Positions 41,126 through 51,449 of a stretch of 64,000 nt of DNA are shown here, in pieces (within the stretch, counting starts at the first letter, position 1; every line of letters starts with the position of its first letter). Position numbers and translations under genes: made by a program. Source of the DNA: an uncultured Gemmatimonadales bacterium (GTDB lineage Bacteria; Gemmatimonadota; Gemmatimonadetes; Gemmatimonadales; Gemmatimonadaceae); contig CAWBZV010000003.1 in NCBI GenBank assembly GCA_963793305.1, positions 1,312,001-1,376,000 of the forward strand. Direction: 5' to 3'. Below the pieces are notes generated by a model. It had not been told where the DNA came from and did no database searches. It saw only the letters and a program-made list of their open reading frames with translations.

Positions 41126-41803
41126 GTGCATTGGCTTTATAACCTCCCGGGGACGTTCTGGGCGTATTTGCTGATCGGCGCGATCAGCAACATCACCGAG
41201 GAGCTCGCGCCCATCGGCGGTGGCTACGCCGCGCACCGGGGGCAGCTCGGCCTCATGCAAGTGGCCATCAGCGTCTGTATCGGGACCTGGGTCTCGGGCT
41301 TCGGTCTCTACTACCTCGGCCGCGCCCGCGGCATGTGGCTCCGCAAGCGCTTCCCGAACTTTGGCCGCCTCTTCACGCGCGCCCTCATGGTCGTGCGGCG
41401 CCGCCCCTGGCGCTCGTCGTTCGCCGTGCGCTATGCGTTCGGCCTCCGCATCACGTTGCCGATTGCGTGCGGCGCCGCCCACGTCCCGATTTGGGAATAC
41501 GCGATCGGCAGCGCCGTCAGCTCGCTCACCTGGTCCTGCCTCTTCACCGTCATCGGTTGGATGTTCGGCCGCTCAGCCGATGTGATCATGCGGCACATCC
41601 ATCGGTTCGAGGACGTGCTGACGCTCGCGGGTATCGGCGCCGTGGGGATTCTGCTCTTCGCCTATCTCCGCCGCAGCGTGACGCACGACGACGAAGCGAT
41701 CACCGAGTTCGGCAAAGAGCTCGATCGTCTCAGTGGGGAGTTTCCGATTCTGGTTGATGAGAACGGCGGAACACGCCATAGAGGTACCACAACGACGGAA
41801 TGA
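41126..41803 (+). CDS. DedA-family membrane protein
   Basis: GGYAAHRG, YYLGR, RYAFGLR..PIACG motifs. Confidence 0.82.
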   Translation: MHWLYNLPGTFWAYLLIGAISNITEELAPIGGGYAAHRGQLGLMQVAISVCIGTWVSGFGLYYLGRARGMWLRKRFPNFGRLFTRALMVVRRRPWRSSFAVRYAFGLRITLPIACGAAHVPIWEYAIGSAVSSLTWSCLFTVIGWMFGRSADVIMRHIHRFEDVLTLAGIGAVGILLFAYLRRSVTHDDEAITEFGKELDRLSGEFPILVDENGGTRHRGTTTTE

Positions 41804-42770
41804 GCACGAGGGCGCCGACGGCGATGGCCGCCACGAACGCGCGCAACGTGGCCGGAGGCGACGCGGCGTCGAAGATCGTCAGCGTCGGTGGGACCAGGAA
41901 CGGATACTGGGAGAACAGCCAGCCCCAGAGGATCAGGACCACCAGCGCGCCAGCCGCGACCCGCGCGAGCCGAAACCGTCGCGTCCAGAGTGCGACAATG
42001 GCGCCGAGGCCAGCGATCATCGCCAAGAGGTGAATCGGTCCGGCCAGTGACGAGTGCAACAGCATATGCCGCACGCGCGGCGCGAGTGGCTCGGCGGCCA
42101 GCAGCGCCGCGTACGCGGTGATCGGCAGCACGAGACCGGCCTCGATCGCTCGTCGCCGAAAGTCGTTCTGCAGCTCCGTATCGTGCGCCGCCTCGACCGT
42201 GAGATACGTCGCGGCCAGAAACGCGACCAGCACGAGCGTCATGACGCCGACGGCGAGCGTGAAGGCGTTGAGCCACGGCGTGATGAAGACGGGGACAAAT
42301 TCGATGCCGCTCTCGCCGAGTGTCGCCATGGCGGTGCCGACGCCATTCGATGCGATCGCGCCGACGATCACGCCGAGGAGGACCGGGGCGAGCACGCTGG
42401 CGATCGCGAAGATCATACCCCAGCGCTCCTGCACGGCGCTATGCGTCGCGTCGTAGGCCCGAAACGTGAACGCCGAGCCCCGCAGCACGATGCCGATGAG
42501 CAGCAGCGTGATCGGGATGTGCAGCACGGTCATGAGCGCCGCGAACGCCGGTGGAAAGCAGGTGAACAGCAATACGACAATCAGAATCAGCCAGACGTGA
42601 TTCGCTTCCCAGATCGGTCCGATCGCGTGCGCGATCAGCGCGCGCTGTTTCTCGCGCCGCGGGCCGGACGCGAGGAGATCCCACACGCCGCCGCCGTAGT
42701 CGGCCCCGCCGAACAGCACGTAGGCCGTCAACGCAACTCCGGCGATTGCCGCGACGATGGTCTGCAGCAC
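41730..42770 (-). CDS. cydB: cytochrome bd ubiquinol oxidase subunit II
   Basis: GADYGGG, IGPIWEANHVWLI, LRGSAF.FR, QYPFLVP. Confidence 0.93.
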   Translation of the reverse strand: MLQTIVAAIAGVALTAYVLFGGADYGGGVWDLLASGPRREKQRALIAHAIGPIWEANHVWLILIVVLLFTCFPPAFAALMTVLHIPITLLLIGIVLRGSAFTFRAYDATHSAVQERWGMIFAIASVLAPVLLGVIVGAIASNGVGTAMATLGESGIEFVPVFITPWLNAFTLAVGVMTLVLVAFLAATYLTVEAAHDTELQNDFRRRAIEAGLVLPITAYAALLAAEPLAPRVRHMLLHSSLAGPIHLLAMIAGLGAIVALWTRRFRLARVAAGALVVLILWGWLFSQYPFLVPPTLTIFDAASPPATLRAFVAAIAVGALVLIPSLWYLYGVFRRSHQPESETPH

Positions 42771-42771
42771 G

Positions 42772-44061
42772 CTAGTCGACCGTGTGCAGGACTTGGTTGT
42801 ACATGAGCCACGTCACGATGACACCGAGGAACAGATACAGCACGGTGAACGTGAGGAACGGCACGATCAGACCAGGCATCGGCGTGACCGCGTCCGCCGT
42901 TCTCAGGATGCCGGCCACGATCCATGGCTGACGGCCGACCTCGGTGACGGTCCATCCGGCTTCGACGCAGATGAACCCGAAAGGCGCCGCAACACTCAAC
43001 GCGATCAGAAGCCGCTTGCTGAACTCACGTCGGCGAATCACGTCCCACAGTGCCCAAAGCCCGATGGCCGCCAAAAGTGTTCCGAGTCCGACCATGACTT
43101 GAAATGCCAGATGCACGATGACCACCGGCGGCCAGCGGTTCTCGGGGAAATCATCGAGCCCTTTGACGGTGGCATTGAAATCATGATATGCCATGAACGA
43201 AAGCCCGCCAGGAATCTCGATGTCCCACCTCGTCTCGTGCGCCTTCACGTCCGGGATGCCGCCAATGCGCAATGGCGCGCGAGCCTGCGTTCTGAACTCG
43301 CCTTCCATGGCGGCGAGCTTCACAGGCTGGGTATCAGCGACCACGCGACCCGCAATGTCTCCGGAGATCGGCTGCAAAACAGCCGCGGGTGCGCCGATCA
43401 TGAGCGCAACGATGAGCGCCCGTTTGTGAAAGGCATCCGTCGGCTGACGGAGCAATAGAAACGCGTGGAGCCCCGCGACCGCCATGCCGAGCGACGCATA
43501 CGCGGCCAGCGTCATATGCAGGGTCTCGGCGAGCGCCGCTGGATTGGCCATGGCGACGAACGGATGCACGTCGACCATCTGCCCGTGCTCCAGCCGGAAG
43601 CCCGTCGGCGTATTCATCCACGCATTCGCGTCGACCACGAAGATGGCCGAGAGCGCACCGGAGATCGCGACCAGCACTCCCGCCGTGAGGTGCATCTTCG
43701 GCCCGATGCGATTCCAGCCGTAGAGATAGACGCCGAGGAAGATCGCCTCGGTGAAGAACGCGAACCCTTCCAGCGAAAACGGCATGCCGATAATGCTGCC
43801 CGCGTACTGCATGAACCGCGGCCACAGGAGGCCGAGCTCGAACGACAGCACCGTCCCGGACACGGCGCCCACGGCGAACATGATCGCGGTGCCTTTCGCC
43901 CACCGCTTGGCGAGATCCAGGTACACGCTCTCACCCGTCTTCTGCCATTGCCGCTCGGCGATGACCATGAGCGCGGGCATGCCGATCCCGACGATCGCGA
44001 AGATGATGTGAAAGGCGAGCGAGATCGCCATCTGCGATCGGGCGGCGAGGAGGTCGCTCAT
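42772..44061 (-). CDS. cydA: cytochrome bd ubiquinol oxidase subunit I
   Basis: AFHIIF, GAVSG..LSFE, NAWMNTP, QPVKLAAMEG, GWTVTEVGRQPW. Confidence 0.95.
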   Translation of the reverse strand: MSDLLAARSQMAISLAFHIIFAIVGIGMPALMVIAERQWQKTGESVYLDLAKRWAKGTAIMFAVGAVSGTVLSFELGLLWPRFMQYAGSIIGMPFSLEGFAFFTEAIFLGVYLYGWNRIGPKMHLTAGVLVAISGALSAIFVVDANAWMNTPTGFRLEHGQMVDVHPFVAMANPAALAETLHMTLAAYASLGMAVAGLHAFLLLRQPTDAFHKRALIVALMIGAPAAVLQPISGDIAGRVVADTQPVKLAAMEGEFRTQARAPLRIGGIPDVKAHETRWDIEIPGGLSFMAYHDFNATVKGLDDFPENRWPPVVIVHLAFQVMVGLGTLLAAIGLWALWDVIRRREFSKRLLIALSVAAPFGFICVEAGWTVTEVGRQPWIVAGILRTADAVTPMPGLIVPFLTFTVLYLFLGVIVTWLMYNQVLHTVD

Positions 44062-44203
44062 CTGCTAGCAATATATGACTTATTCCAACGGTTACTCTGG
44101 TCGGTGCGCGATGCGCAACCGCTATCCGGAACTGCACTGACGCCAATCGATGTATATTGACGCGCTGGTGGCATTATAGACAGACGCCAATTATGGTGGT
44201 TCC

Positions 44204-44785
44204 GTGCGCCGGCAAACCAATATCCGCATCGTGCTGGGCATCGTGATCGTGCTGTTGCTCGCGTGGTGCTACAGCATCAGCAATCGGATCTACTCCCTAT
44301 GGCACCAGGGAAGCGACCTCGCGCGTGGGTCCTCACGCCTCGAGCGCGTCGACACGACGCTCGCGCCCGGTTCGCGCGTCGAGTTCAACGGCACGACGGT
44401 CGCTGATCTCCGGAGCACCGGGCACCTCGGCACCCAGGCGGACCATCCGACGATGGACACCATCGCCCTGTTCCACCGCTGGCCCGCGCTCATTGCGTTC
44501 ATTCAGCGCGACTCGGCCAGGTTCGCTCGGGAGCGCGGTGGGCCCACACCTGGTATTGCCGCGGCAAAGCGCTTTCTGCTGAGTCCCGACGCCGGCGATC
44601 TCTATCTCGGCGAGTTCGTCACCGGCGCCGATACCGCGCGGCTGGCGCACGATACGACGCTGTACGCGACTATCGACTCATTGGCCGGCCCTATCGTGTT
44701 GCGACTCCAACCCGGTCCGCACCCTACTGGCCGAATGCGTGGGGAGCTCTTTATCGGGCCGCCGACCGCTTTGTATCGGGTCTAG
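44204..44785 (+). CDS. hypothetical protein with N-terminal membrane anchor
   Basis: Hydrophobic IVLGIVIVLLLAWC; fills the gap; stop overlaps the convergent gene. Confidence 0.55.
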   Translation: MRRQTNIRIVLGIVIVLLLAWCYSISNRIYSLWHQGSDLARGSSRLERVDTTLAPGSRVEFNGTTVADLRSTGHLGTQADHPTMDTIALFHRWPALIAFIQRDSARFARERGGPTPGIAAAKRFLLSPDAGDLYLGEFVTGADTARLAHDTTLYATIDSLAGPIVLRLQPGPHPTGRMRGELFIGPPTALYRV

Positions 44786-45405
44786 TCGGGAGCCGTACTT
44801 CTCGCGAGCGCTGCGTCGAGGCCCTCCACCGCCGCGGAGCGTGGCTGAAGTCGCTCGGCCGTATGCGTGGCCGAGAATCGCGCAACTTTGGTATAAGTAA
44901 GTCCAGCCGCCCTGGCGACGTTGAACACTGCTGTATCCTTCACGCCGTCCTTTCCCTTTGGGTGGACAACCCAGAGAGCCGCCTTGGCCGGCAACTTTGC
45001 CGCAACCGTCGCGATCCGCGCCAGATCCTTCTCGCGCTCGACGCCGAGAAAGACGATAGTACTCTCGGCGTGAACACGGCCGTGCGTGATAGCATTGGTG
45101 CGACCAGCGAGCGCCGCGAGAAACTCAGCATCGTCCACGCCGATAACAGACACTACGGCATCAGGTTTGACGCCGAGTTTGTCGATCAGCGACTTGGGTG
45201 ACTTGATCTTCTCGACCCATTTCGAGGCCGACGAACCGACTTGAAGCTCTATGTCGCCGGACGACGTGCGCAGCAAGAGCCGCCCGCCGTCAGCCTTGGC
45301 GCTCGTGATCGCCGCGAACGGGATGCGCCCCCGCACGATGATCTCGTCGGTCTCGAGCAGAACTTTCAGCTCGGCCGAGACTCGACACGTCGTTTCAATG
45401 CCCAT
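44782..45405 (-). CDS. conserved hypothetical protein (DUF3052-like)
   Basis: LIDKLGVKP, LWVVHPKG, GL..TKVARFS..H motif. Confidence 0.7.
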   Translation of the reverse strand: MGIETTCRVSAELKVLLETDEIIVRGRIPFAAITSAKADGGRLLLRTSSGDIELQVGSSASKWVEKIKSPKSLIDKLGVKPDAVVSVIGVDDAEFLAALAGRTNAITHGRVHAESTIVFLGVEREKDLARIATVAAKLPAKAALWVVHPKGKDGVKDTAVFNVARAAGLTYTKVARFSATHTAERLQPRSAAVEGLDAALARSTAPD

Positions 45406-45851
45406 AGATACGCCTCGATAGTACGAGCCTGCCCGAAGACAAATCGCGACATGAACCGAAACACGGGATTGTAGATCTCGCCGCGCTCGACGATGGTGAC
45501 TCGCCCGGGCGCGACCCGGTATTCCCACTCGCCGCCAAATGGCAGTGACTTGTCGGCGATCCGCACGACGAGGCGGGATGGCGGCTCGGCGGCAGTTACG
45601 TGATACGTGATGACACCGTTCTTCCCGTGCTCGCGCCACGTCTGGTCTGGCAGCTGATCGACACTCGCGACATCCGGTCGCCACTCGGGAAACGCGGCCA
45701 CGTCGGTCAGCGCCGCCCACACGCGCTCAGCCGGCGCCGAGATCTCGGCCGTACGCTCGGCGGTGTGGGCAACTGGCAGCAGGGCGCCGACGACGACCAC
45801 GATCAGTACGATGCAGGCGACAATGCCGCCCGCGATCAAGAGCCATCTCAT
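45366..45851 (-). CDS. SRPBCC/polyketide-cyclase family protein
   Basis: ISAPAERVWAALTD...PEWRPDV, PFGGEW, ERGEIYNP.FRF. Confidence 0.82.
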   Translation of the reverse strand: MRWLLIAGGIVACIVLIVVVVGALLPVAHTAERTAEISAPAERVWAALTDVAAFPEWRPDVASVDQLPDQTWREHGKNGVITYHVTAAEPPSRLVVRIADKSLPFGGEWEYRVAPGRVTIVERGEIYNPVFRFMSRFVFGQARTIEAYLWALKRRVESRPS

Positions 45852-46309
45852 GCGCGTCGCCTCTTCGCTTCGCCGACGGAGTCTGCGGAGCGTGCCAGGA
45901 TGGTCAACCCGTTGATCGCCGCGCGTTGCTCCTCGGGCGTGAGCCGCGAGAGCAACCCCTCGACCAACGCGGGATCGAGCGCCGAATTCGCGCTGCGCAC
46001 GCGGGCCCCGGCGTCAGTGAGCCGCAGCTGCACGCGACGCCGGTCGCGGTGGTCCCAGGTCCGGTCCACATACCCGTGCTTTTGGAGCCGGTCGACGGCG
46101 ACCGACATGGTGCCGGGCGTGACCCCCAGATGCCGCGCGAGCGCCGTCAGCGAGGTCGCCTCGACCGTGTCCAGATGGTCGAGGATGCTCGCCTGGTGCG
46201 CGCTGAGCAGTGTGCCGCCCTCGGGATCCCGCACGTGGCGGCGATGACAGGCGAACCAGATACGCGGGTACGCCGTCATGACCACCGCCGCCGCATCGCT
46301 CGTCCGCAT
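45848..46309 (-). CDS. MarR-family transcriptional regulator
   Basis: LARHLGV..GTMS..VDRL...GYV.R..D..DRR..LRLT..G. Confidence 0.9.
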   Translation of the reverse strand: MRTSDAAAVVMTAYPRIWFACHRRHVRDPEGGTLLSAHQASILDHLDTVEATSLTALARHLGVTPGTMSVAVDRLQKHGYVDRTWDHRDRRRVQLRLTDAGARVRSANSALDPALVEGLLSRLTPEEQRAAINGLTILARSADSVGEAKRRRA

Positions 46310-46329
46310 GCCCCAATCTAGGTAAGTAA

Positions 46330-46348
46330 TTTGTTTTGTCAAATCAAA
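46330..46348. promoter_or_regulatory. imperfect AT-rich palindrome, candidate MarR operator
   Basis: TTTGTTTTG-T-CAAATCAAA (1 mismatch) between marR and the divergent gene. Confidence 0.5.
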
Positions 46349-46382
46349 AGAAACTGCCACGCAACGCCGGCGTAGTAGGGCA

Positions 46383-48530
46383 GTGCTCGCGCTCCTGTTG
46401 TTCCTCGCGTTCGGCCAGAAAGGTCAGGACACGACCGACGCCTACGACTCGCGCGCGACACATGACCTCGTGGCGCTCGCGCGGTCGGCGCGGCATGCGG
46501 ACGACGCACGGCTCCAGGGATACGACGCCACCGTCGTCCAGCAGATGACCATCGGGATCGAGCTCGCGCGGTTCGTGCGCCGACGGACGCTCTTCCAAAA
46601 GCAGACCGCCGCGCGCGTGCGCTGGCAGCGCGGCTCGGGTGCCGTGGTCGATATCATTGGCGATCGCACCAAGCTGCCGATCATTCCCGAGGTCGACGCC
46701 GACGTTGATGACGGCGACGGGCTGGTCGCATTGCCCTACGTGCCGGGGCGCCCGATCCCGTGGCAGCGAACGACGCACGACACCATCGACGCGAACGACT
46801 GGATCGACCCGCTCGCGCCGGGCGCCGAGGCGTACTACCGGTACACGGCAGGCGACTCGGAGACGATCCGCGCGCCGGGCGCCGAACCGGTCCGCGTGCG
46901 CGAGATCCGTCTCCACCCGCGCCGCCCCCAGTGGAACCTCGGCGTGGGCTCCCTCTGGTTCGACGAAGCCTCGGGGCATCTCGTCCGGGCGGTGTACCGA
47001 TTCGCGGCGCCCATGAACATCATGGAGGTCGCGCGATCGAAGGACCCGCACTCGTTCGACGACGTTCCGATCTGGGTGCGCCCGCTGATCTTCCCGATGT
47101 CGGCCAACGTCTCGACCGTCATCATCGAGTACGGCCTGCTCGAGAATCGGTTCTGGCTGCCAACGGGAGGGCTCTTCGAGGGACAAGCGCGTGCCGGCGG
47201 CATGCGATTCCCGTTCAATCTGGAAGCGCGCTATCGCTACGCGAGCGTCAACGAGCCGGACTCGCTCCCGCCCATCACGATGCAGCCGCTGCCGGACTCG
47301 GTGGCCGACTCCGTGCGCCAGCACCTGCGCCGGGATCAGTGCGCGCATGGCAGCGTGTGGACCGAGGTCGATACCTCGGGCAATCGCGGCGTGCGCGTGC
47401 TGACGCGAACGCCGTGCGATACGGCGGCGCTGGCGCGTTCGCCTTCGCTACCCGCGGGCGACTACGGTCCCGCCGCGGTCGATGTCAGCACGCTCGTGCG
47501 CGCCATCGGCATGAACGCGCAACCGGATTGGGCGCCGCAGTCCGTGCAGCTGCACTACGGTCTCGATCACGGCCTCGTGCGATACAATCGCGTCGAGGGC
47601 CTCTCGGCTGGCGTGGCCCTCAGCGACGACCTTGGCCGCGGCTACTCCACGTGGGGCGAATTCCGCTTCGGCGTCGCCGACCGCCAGCCGAACGCCGAGT
47701 TCCGTGTCACGCAATCCGACGACCGCACCACGCTCGGCCTCGGCGTCTACCGCCGCCTCGTCTCGGCCAACGACTGGGGCGACCCGCTCTCGCTCGGCGG
47801 GTCGCTCTCGGCGCTCCTCTTCGGCGACGACGAGGGCTACTACTATCGCGCCTGGGGCGGCGAGTTCACGAGCCAGGGCAACCTGGGAGTGCCGTACACC
47901 TGGCGCCTGTTCGCCGAGGGCGAGGGAACGGCGCAGGTCAACACCAATTTCTCGTTCACCCACGCGTTCGACGGCTCACACGCGCCGGCCAACCTCGTCG
48001 CCCGCGAGGGCGCCGTCACCGGCTTCTCGGTGCGACTCGTGCCGTCCTACGGCCTCGACCCGCACGGGTTCCGCGTACTGTCGGACATTCGAGTCGAGGG
48101 CGCCGCGGGCACCTTCGACTATGCGCGCGGCGCCGCGGACGTCACGCTCTCGGACGGCATCGCGCGGGTGCTGGACGGCGCCGTCACGCTCAGCGCCGGC
48201 ATGACTGGCGGCCAGGTGCCCCCGCAGCGTTGGTGGTACCTGGGCGGCCTCCAAACCGTCCGCGGCCTCCCGCCCGGCGTGGAGGCCGGCGACAGCTACT
48301 GGCTCACGCGCGTCGAGCTCGGGCCGCGCTCAGTCGCGTTCAAGCCCGTCGTGTTCTACGACATGGGCTGGGCGGGGGACCGGAGCGACTGGGGCCACGA
48401 GGGCCGCCCACTGAGCGGCGCCGGCGCCGGCATGTCGTTCCTCGACGGCCTCATTCGCCTCGACGTCGCGCACGCGATTTACCCCGGGCGCTCGTGGCGC
48501 GTGAACTCGTACCTGAACGCGACGTTTTGA
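46383..48530 (+). CDS. outer-membrane protein with C-terminal beta-barrel (ShlB/BamA-like hypothetical)
   Basis: Signal peptide; RYNRVEGLS, LGGLQTVRG, FYDMGWAG, IRLDVA, terminal Phe. Confidence 0.75.
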   Translation: MLALLLFLAFGQKGQDTTDAYDSRATHDLVALARSARHADDARLQGYDATVVQQMTIGIELARFVRRRTLFQKQTAARVRWQRGSGAVVDIIGDRTKLPIIPEVDADVDDGDGLVALPYVPGRPIPWQRTTHDTIDANDWIDPLAPGAEAYYRYTAGDSETIRAPGAEPVRVREIRLHPRRPQWNLGVGSLWFDEASGHLVRAVYRFAAPMNIMEVARSKDPHSFDDVPIWVRPLIFPMSANVSTVIIEYGLLENRFWLPTGGLFEGQARAGGMRFPFNLEARYRYASVNEPDSLPPITMQPLPDSVADSVRQHLRRDQCAHGSVWTEVDTSGNRGVRVLTRTPCDTAALARSPSLPAGDYGPAAVDVSTLVRAIGMNAQPDWAPQSVQLHYGLDHGLVRYNRVEGLSAGVALSDDLGRGYSTWGEFRFGVADRQPNAEFRVTQSDDRTTLGLGVYRRLVSANDWGDPLSLGGSLSALLFGDDEGYYYRAWGGEFTSQGNLGVPYTWRLFAEGEGTAQVNTNFSFTHAFDGSHAPANLVAREGAVTGFSVRLVPSYGLDPHGFRVLSDIRVEGAAGTFDYARGAADVTLSDGIARVLDGAVTLSAGMTGGQVPPQRWWYLGGLQTVRGLPPGVEAGDSYWLTRVELGPRSVAFKPVVFYDMGWAGDRSDWGHEGRPLSGAGAGMSFLDGLIRLDVAHAIYPGRSWRVNSYLNATF

Positions 48531-49050
48531 TGCGATAGGTCGCGTACACGCAGCCACCCTCCGTCGTCCGAGACGCCTTCATCTCCAAGGGGACCCGCCT
48601 GCCGGGGTCGCGAAACAGTGGGACGCCGGCGCCGAGCAAGATCGGGTGGATGTTCAACCCAATCTCGTCGATCGCGTCGGCGGCGAAGAGCGCTTGCGCG
48701 AGATGCCCGCCGCTCATGAGCCAGAGTCCCTTGCCAGGTTGTCGCTTGAGATCGTTCACGAACGCCCCGGGGTCGGTGGCCACCAGCTCGACATTCCGCT
48801 GGTCGATCGACTGCAGCGTGCGCGAGAACACGTAGTTGCGCATTGACCCGAACCCGGGATCGTTGGCTCGACCGGCGGCCACCGCCAGGTCCCACGTCTT
48901 GCGGCCCCACAGCAGCGTATCGATCGTAGCCCAATATTCGGCCATGATCGCCTGCCCGTCGCGGCTGGACCGGATCCAGTCAATGCCGCCGTTGGCGTCG
49001 GCGATGAATCCATTGAGGCTGCAAGCCGCGAGATACGAGACGGTGCGCAT
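48451..49050 (-). CDS. dihydrofolate-reductase/RibD C-terminal domain protein
   Basis: SLNGFIAD..G.IDW, LLWGRKTW, YVFSRT, IDE..L.IHPILLG.G.PLF. Confidence 0.88.
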   Translation of the reverse strand: MRTVSYLAACSLNGFIADANGGIDWIRSSRDGQAIMAEYWATIDTLLWGRKTWDLAVAAGRANDPGFGSMRNYVFSRTLQSIDQRNVELVATDPGAFVNDLKRQPGKGLWLMSGGHLAQALFAADAIDEIGLNIHPILLGAGVPLFRDPGRRVPLEMKASRTTEGGCVYATYRIKTSRSGTSSRATSARGKSRARRRGE

Positions 49051-49052
49051 AA

Positions 49053-49068
49053 CTAAATCCTCGTTTAG
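49053..49068. promoter_or_regulatory. palindrome, candidate TetR operator
   Basis: CTAAA-tcctcg-TTTAG in the 30-nt gap between the divergent RibD-like and tetR genes. Confidence 0.55.
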
Positions 49069-49080
49069 ATTCAAATTATC

Positions 49081-49740
49081 ATGAGCCCTCGGCCGCGCAA
49101 GGTCAGCGACGATGACGTCTTCGCGGCCACCCACCGGGCGATGTCGCGACTCGGTCCGGGGGAACTGACGTTGGCCGAAATCGCCGCCGAGGCCGGAGTC
49201 ACGGCCGGCGCGCTGGTGCAGCGGTTCGGCTCGAAGCGCGACCTGCTGCTGTTGCTGTTCAAGCAGGCCGCTGGCTCTGCCGGCGAGATGATGCGCGCCC
49301 TGCGCGCCCAACACCGTTCGCCACTCGCCGCCGTGCGCGCCTATGCGGTGTGCATGGCGGACCTGGCGCAATCGCCATCGGCATTCGTGCGCAACCTCGC
49401 GTATCTGCAGACCGATTTGACCGACCCCGACTTTCGCGCGTGCCTCGTGGAGCAGGCGCGGGCGACTCGCGCGGCACTGCGCGCGTGGATCGCGGAGGCG
49501 GTTGCTCTGGGCGAGCTCAATACAGAGCCGGCGAAGCTCGCTCGAACCATTGAGACCGTCGTCAGCGGCTCACTGATGACTTGGGCGACGTACGCCCGGG
49601 GGTCGGCCGCGCGCTGGATCCAGGCCGATGTCGATGCGGTGCTGGCGCCGTATCTCGCTACACGCTCTGGCCGAGGCGGCGCTCCAGCTCGACGCGGTAG
49701 CGACGGCTCACCCGCAGGCGCGCGCCGTCGCTCAAGATGA
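49081..49740 (+). CDS. TetR/AcrR-family regulator
   Basis: PRPRK, LTLAEIAAEAGVT.GAL..RFGSKRDLL HTH. Confidence 0.9.
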   Translation: MSPRPRKVSDDDVFAATHRAMSRLGPGELTLAEIAAEAGVTAGALVQRFGSKRDLLLLLFKQAAGSAGEMMRALRAQHRSPLAAVRAYAVCMADLAQSPSAFVRNLAYLQTDLTDPDFRACLVEQARATRAALRAWIAEAVALGELNTEPAKLARTIETVVSGSLMTWATYARGSAARWIQADVDAVLAPYLATRSGRGGAPARRGSDGSPAGARRRSR

Positions 49741-50413
49741 CGACGCTGTCGCCCGAGGCCCACGGCTGGACCTCGGTCACTCGATCGAGGTTGATAAGGG
49801 CCGAGCGATGCACGCGGCAGAAATGCGCGGGACCGAGGCGATCTTCGAGCCTGCGCAACGTCGTTCTGAGCACGTGGGTGTGTCCTTTGACGTGCAGCCG
49901 CGCGTAATTCCCGACCGCGTCGATCCAGTCGATCTCGTCGACCCGTATCGGCCTGGCCCGCCCCTTGTCTCGCACCAGCAATCGCTTCGCCGTGGTCTTG
50001 AGATCGTCGAGTATGTCCCGCAGCGCGGCGTACCGCTCGGCGGCGGTCGCCTGCTCCCGGCTCTGCCGCACTCGGGCCACGGCCTGCTGGACCCGCTCGC
50101 CATCAATCGGTTTCAGTAGATAGTCGACGGCTCGAACCTGGAACGCGCGGACGGCGTGCGCGTCGTACGCGGTCACGAACACCACGCACGGCGCATTGTC
50201 GGGCGAAACGGCGCGGAGCACCTCGAACCCGTCGATCTCCGGCATCTGCACGTCGAGAAACACCACGTCCGGCCGAAATGCGGTCACCGCGTCGATGGCC
50301 TCCCGGCCCGACGTGCATTCGGCGACAATGGCCACGTCGGGTTCGGCTTCCAGCAAGCGCCGCAGGCGGGCGAGCGCCAGCAATTCGTCATCGACCAGGA
50401 CGGTGCGGATCAC
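49658..50413 (-). CDS. LytTR-family response regulator
   Basis: VLVDDE, FLDVQMP..DGF, FVTAYD, FCRVHRSALIN. Confidence 0.92.
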   Translation of the reverse strand: MIRTVLVDDELLALARLRRLLEAEPDVAIVAECTSGREAIDAVTAFRPDVVFLDVQMPEIDGFEVLRAVSPDNAPCVVFVTAYDAHAVRAFQVRAVDYLLKPIDGERVQQAVARVRQSREQATAAERYAALRDILDDLKTTAKRLLVRDKGRARPIRVDEIDWIDAVGNYARLHVKGHTHVLRTTLRRLEDRLGPAHFCRVHRSALINLDRVTEVQPWASGDSVVILSDGARLRVSRRYRVELERRLGQSV

Positions 50414-51441
50414 GCGGGCACTCTCACGACGACCATGACCCCGGGCTGACCGTCCGTGATGCTCAGCGTGCCCTTGGCGCCATACATCGTGCGCAGCCGG
50501 CGTCGCGTGTTGCGTAACCCCACGCCTTCCCGCCAGGCATTCCCGCTGGGCAATCCCCGGCCGTTGTCGCGCACGACCACCTCGAGCCCGGCGTCTCGCA
50601 CGCGCGCGTCCACGCGGATGGCCCCTCGCGCGGCGCGAGGCTCGATCCCATGTCGCACGGCATTTTCCACTAACGGTTGCAAGAACAATGTCGGCACACT
50701 CACGTCGAGCGTCTCCGGCTCGGCGCACACCGTGAGCTCGATGCGATCCCCGAATCGCGCGCGAATGATGCCGATGTACGCGTCGAGCAGCGCGAGCTCA
50801 TCGCGCAACGGAATCTCGTGCCGCCCGGCGTAGGACCGATCGAACACGCGCCGCAAGAGGGTCGCGAGCCGCGTGAGCATCGCGTCGGCGGCCGCCGGAT
50901 CCCGGTGGATCAACTCGGCCGCCGCGTTCAGCGTGTTGAACAAGAAGTGCGGTTGCAGCTGCGCCCGTAATGCGCCCAGGCGTGCCGAAGTGAGGCGTTG
51001 GGCCAGTCGCGCCGATCGCACCCGTCGTCGCTCGGACAACCGGCGCTCGTCGTTCGCATAGGCGATGACCAGTACCGCGGCGTAACTCACGACGTCGAGA
51101 AATAAGCGCGCGCTGAAGTCGACGGAGAATCGCGCATGTGACCAGGGAATCGTCAGCGCCGATTCGATCGTCAGCAGCGCGAGCGCCGCGAGGAGGTGCA
51201 CCGGTACGCTCGTGCGCCACGTCGCGCGCGTGACCCGGAACCGCCGGGCGAGCCACAGAATGACCGGTGTGTACGCGGCCCACAGCCAGACGCTGAACAT
51301 ATTGGCGGCCGCGTACCGGCCCCACGGTCTGGCGTCCCCCCGCACGAGGTCGGCGATGTACGACTGGTAGGTCGAGAACAGGCCGACCGCCGTCCACACG
51401 CCGACGATCGTCAGCGCTTGTCGTACTCGCCGTGCCTGCAT
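50410..51441 (-). CDS. LytS/YehU-type sensor histidine kinase
   Basis: LRAQLQPHFLFNTLN, LQPLVENAVRHG, GVGLRNTRRRL. Confidence 0.92.
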   Translation of the reverse strand: MQARRVRQALTIVGVWTAVGLFSTYQSYIADLVRGDARPWGRYAAANMFSVWLWAAYTPVILWLARRFRVTRATWRTSVPVHLLAALALLTIESALTIPWSHARFSVDFSARLFLDVVSYAAVLVIAYANDERRLSERRRVRSARLAQRLTSARLGALRAQLQPHFLFNTLNAAAELIHRDPAAADAMLTRLATLLRRVFDRSYAGRHEIPLRDELALLDAYIGIIRARFGDRIELTVCAEPETLDVSVPTLFLQPLVENAVRHGIEPRAARGAIRVDARVRDAGLEVVVRDNGRGLPSGNAWREGVGLRNTRRRLRTMYGAKGTLSITDGQPGVMVVVRVPA

Positions 51442-51449
51442 GCCGTAAC